A stretch of 64,000 nt of DNA from Hypanus sabinus. Taxonomy: Eukaryota. The notes under the pieces were generated by a model, which worked only from the letters and a program-made list of their open reading frames with translations, was not told where the DNA came from and ran no database searches. Positions 63,420 to 64,000 of the stretch are shown piece after piece (position 1 is the first letter of the stretch; every line of letters begins with the position of its first letter). Location of the stretch: contig NC_082731.1 of the NCBI RefSeq assembly GCF_030144855.1, forward strand, positions 28,520,001-28,584,000, written 5' to 3'. The position numbers and the translations under genes are program-made.

Positions 63420-64000
63420 AGTTACGATTACCTTGAGGCCATCCAGCCCTCTAGGTTCTCCCCGTTCTGGTAGGACAGGTCAAAAAGCTTTCTGGGAAGC
63501 GTAAAGGAGGTGGGGTATGCTTCATAATCAATAATGCTTGGTGCAACCCCCAGAATGTCTATGCCCTCAAATCTTTTTGTTCCCTGGATCTGGAGTGCCT
63601 TGTGCTGCTGTGTAGACCTTTTTGGTTGCCTAGGGAGTCCATGAACTTTATTATCACAGCTGTGAATATTCTGCCACAGGCTGATACTGACCTGGCTCTC
63701 GAGCTCCTTGAGCACCCAGAGACTGCACACCCAGAGGCTGTCTTCATCATCCCCAGTGACTTTAATAGAGTATCACTGTTTAAAGTTTCTCCAACGTTTT
63801 GTCAGCACATCCAGGTGAGCACACAGGCATATAGCATACTCGACCACTGATGCTCTCCCTTCCACAATGCTCACAAAGTGCTCCTCTGCCCACACCTTGG
63901 AAAGTCAGATCTCTCCTCCATCTTGCTTCTGCTGATGGACAGGCAGAAGCTGAAACAAGGGGTGGCTATTGTTAAAACCATCCACTGTTGGTCTGACCAA
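63420..64000 (+). mobile_element. Rex1/L2-like LINE apurinic endonuclease region
   Basis: GGVCF, .PDLE.L...CRPFWLPRE...AV.I.PQADT..AL...HPEAVFII.SDFN, LDH. Confidence 0.75.

Overview
Repeat-rich eukaryotic genomic DNA from a cartilaginous fish (probably a ray or skate, inferred from the Ig class and repeat content). (1) The minus strand from 4.6 to 21.9 kb holds a complete, unrearranged and apparently functional IgW heavy-chain cluster: leader, V(23), (12)D1(23), (12)D2(12), (23)J, CH1, CH2, a separate short secretory-tail exon, CH3, CH4, CH5 and CH6 with the canonical secretory tail. Every exon border I checked is GT-AG and phase 1, and all frames are open. I found no transmembrane exon in the window. 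(2) The plus strand from 50704 to 60681 holds a structurally complete but inactivated epsilon-like endogenous retrovirus. It has two LTRs about 5% diverged by manual comparison, a 4-bp TSD, a tRNA-Arg PBS, gag-TAG-pol readthrough, a 2H-phosphoesterase-like HxT/HxT domain between protease and RT, and an env whose signal peptide lies in an overlapping frame the ORF track missed. (3) The rest is nested transposon debris: a hAT element with TIRs and TSD, Tc1 remnants, a full-length decayed L1-like element, many CR1 and Rex1-like fragments, four solo LTRs and two minisatellites. There is one 177-bp N gap. All coordinates and translations were done by hand; no database searches were run.
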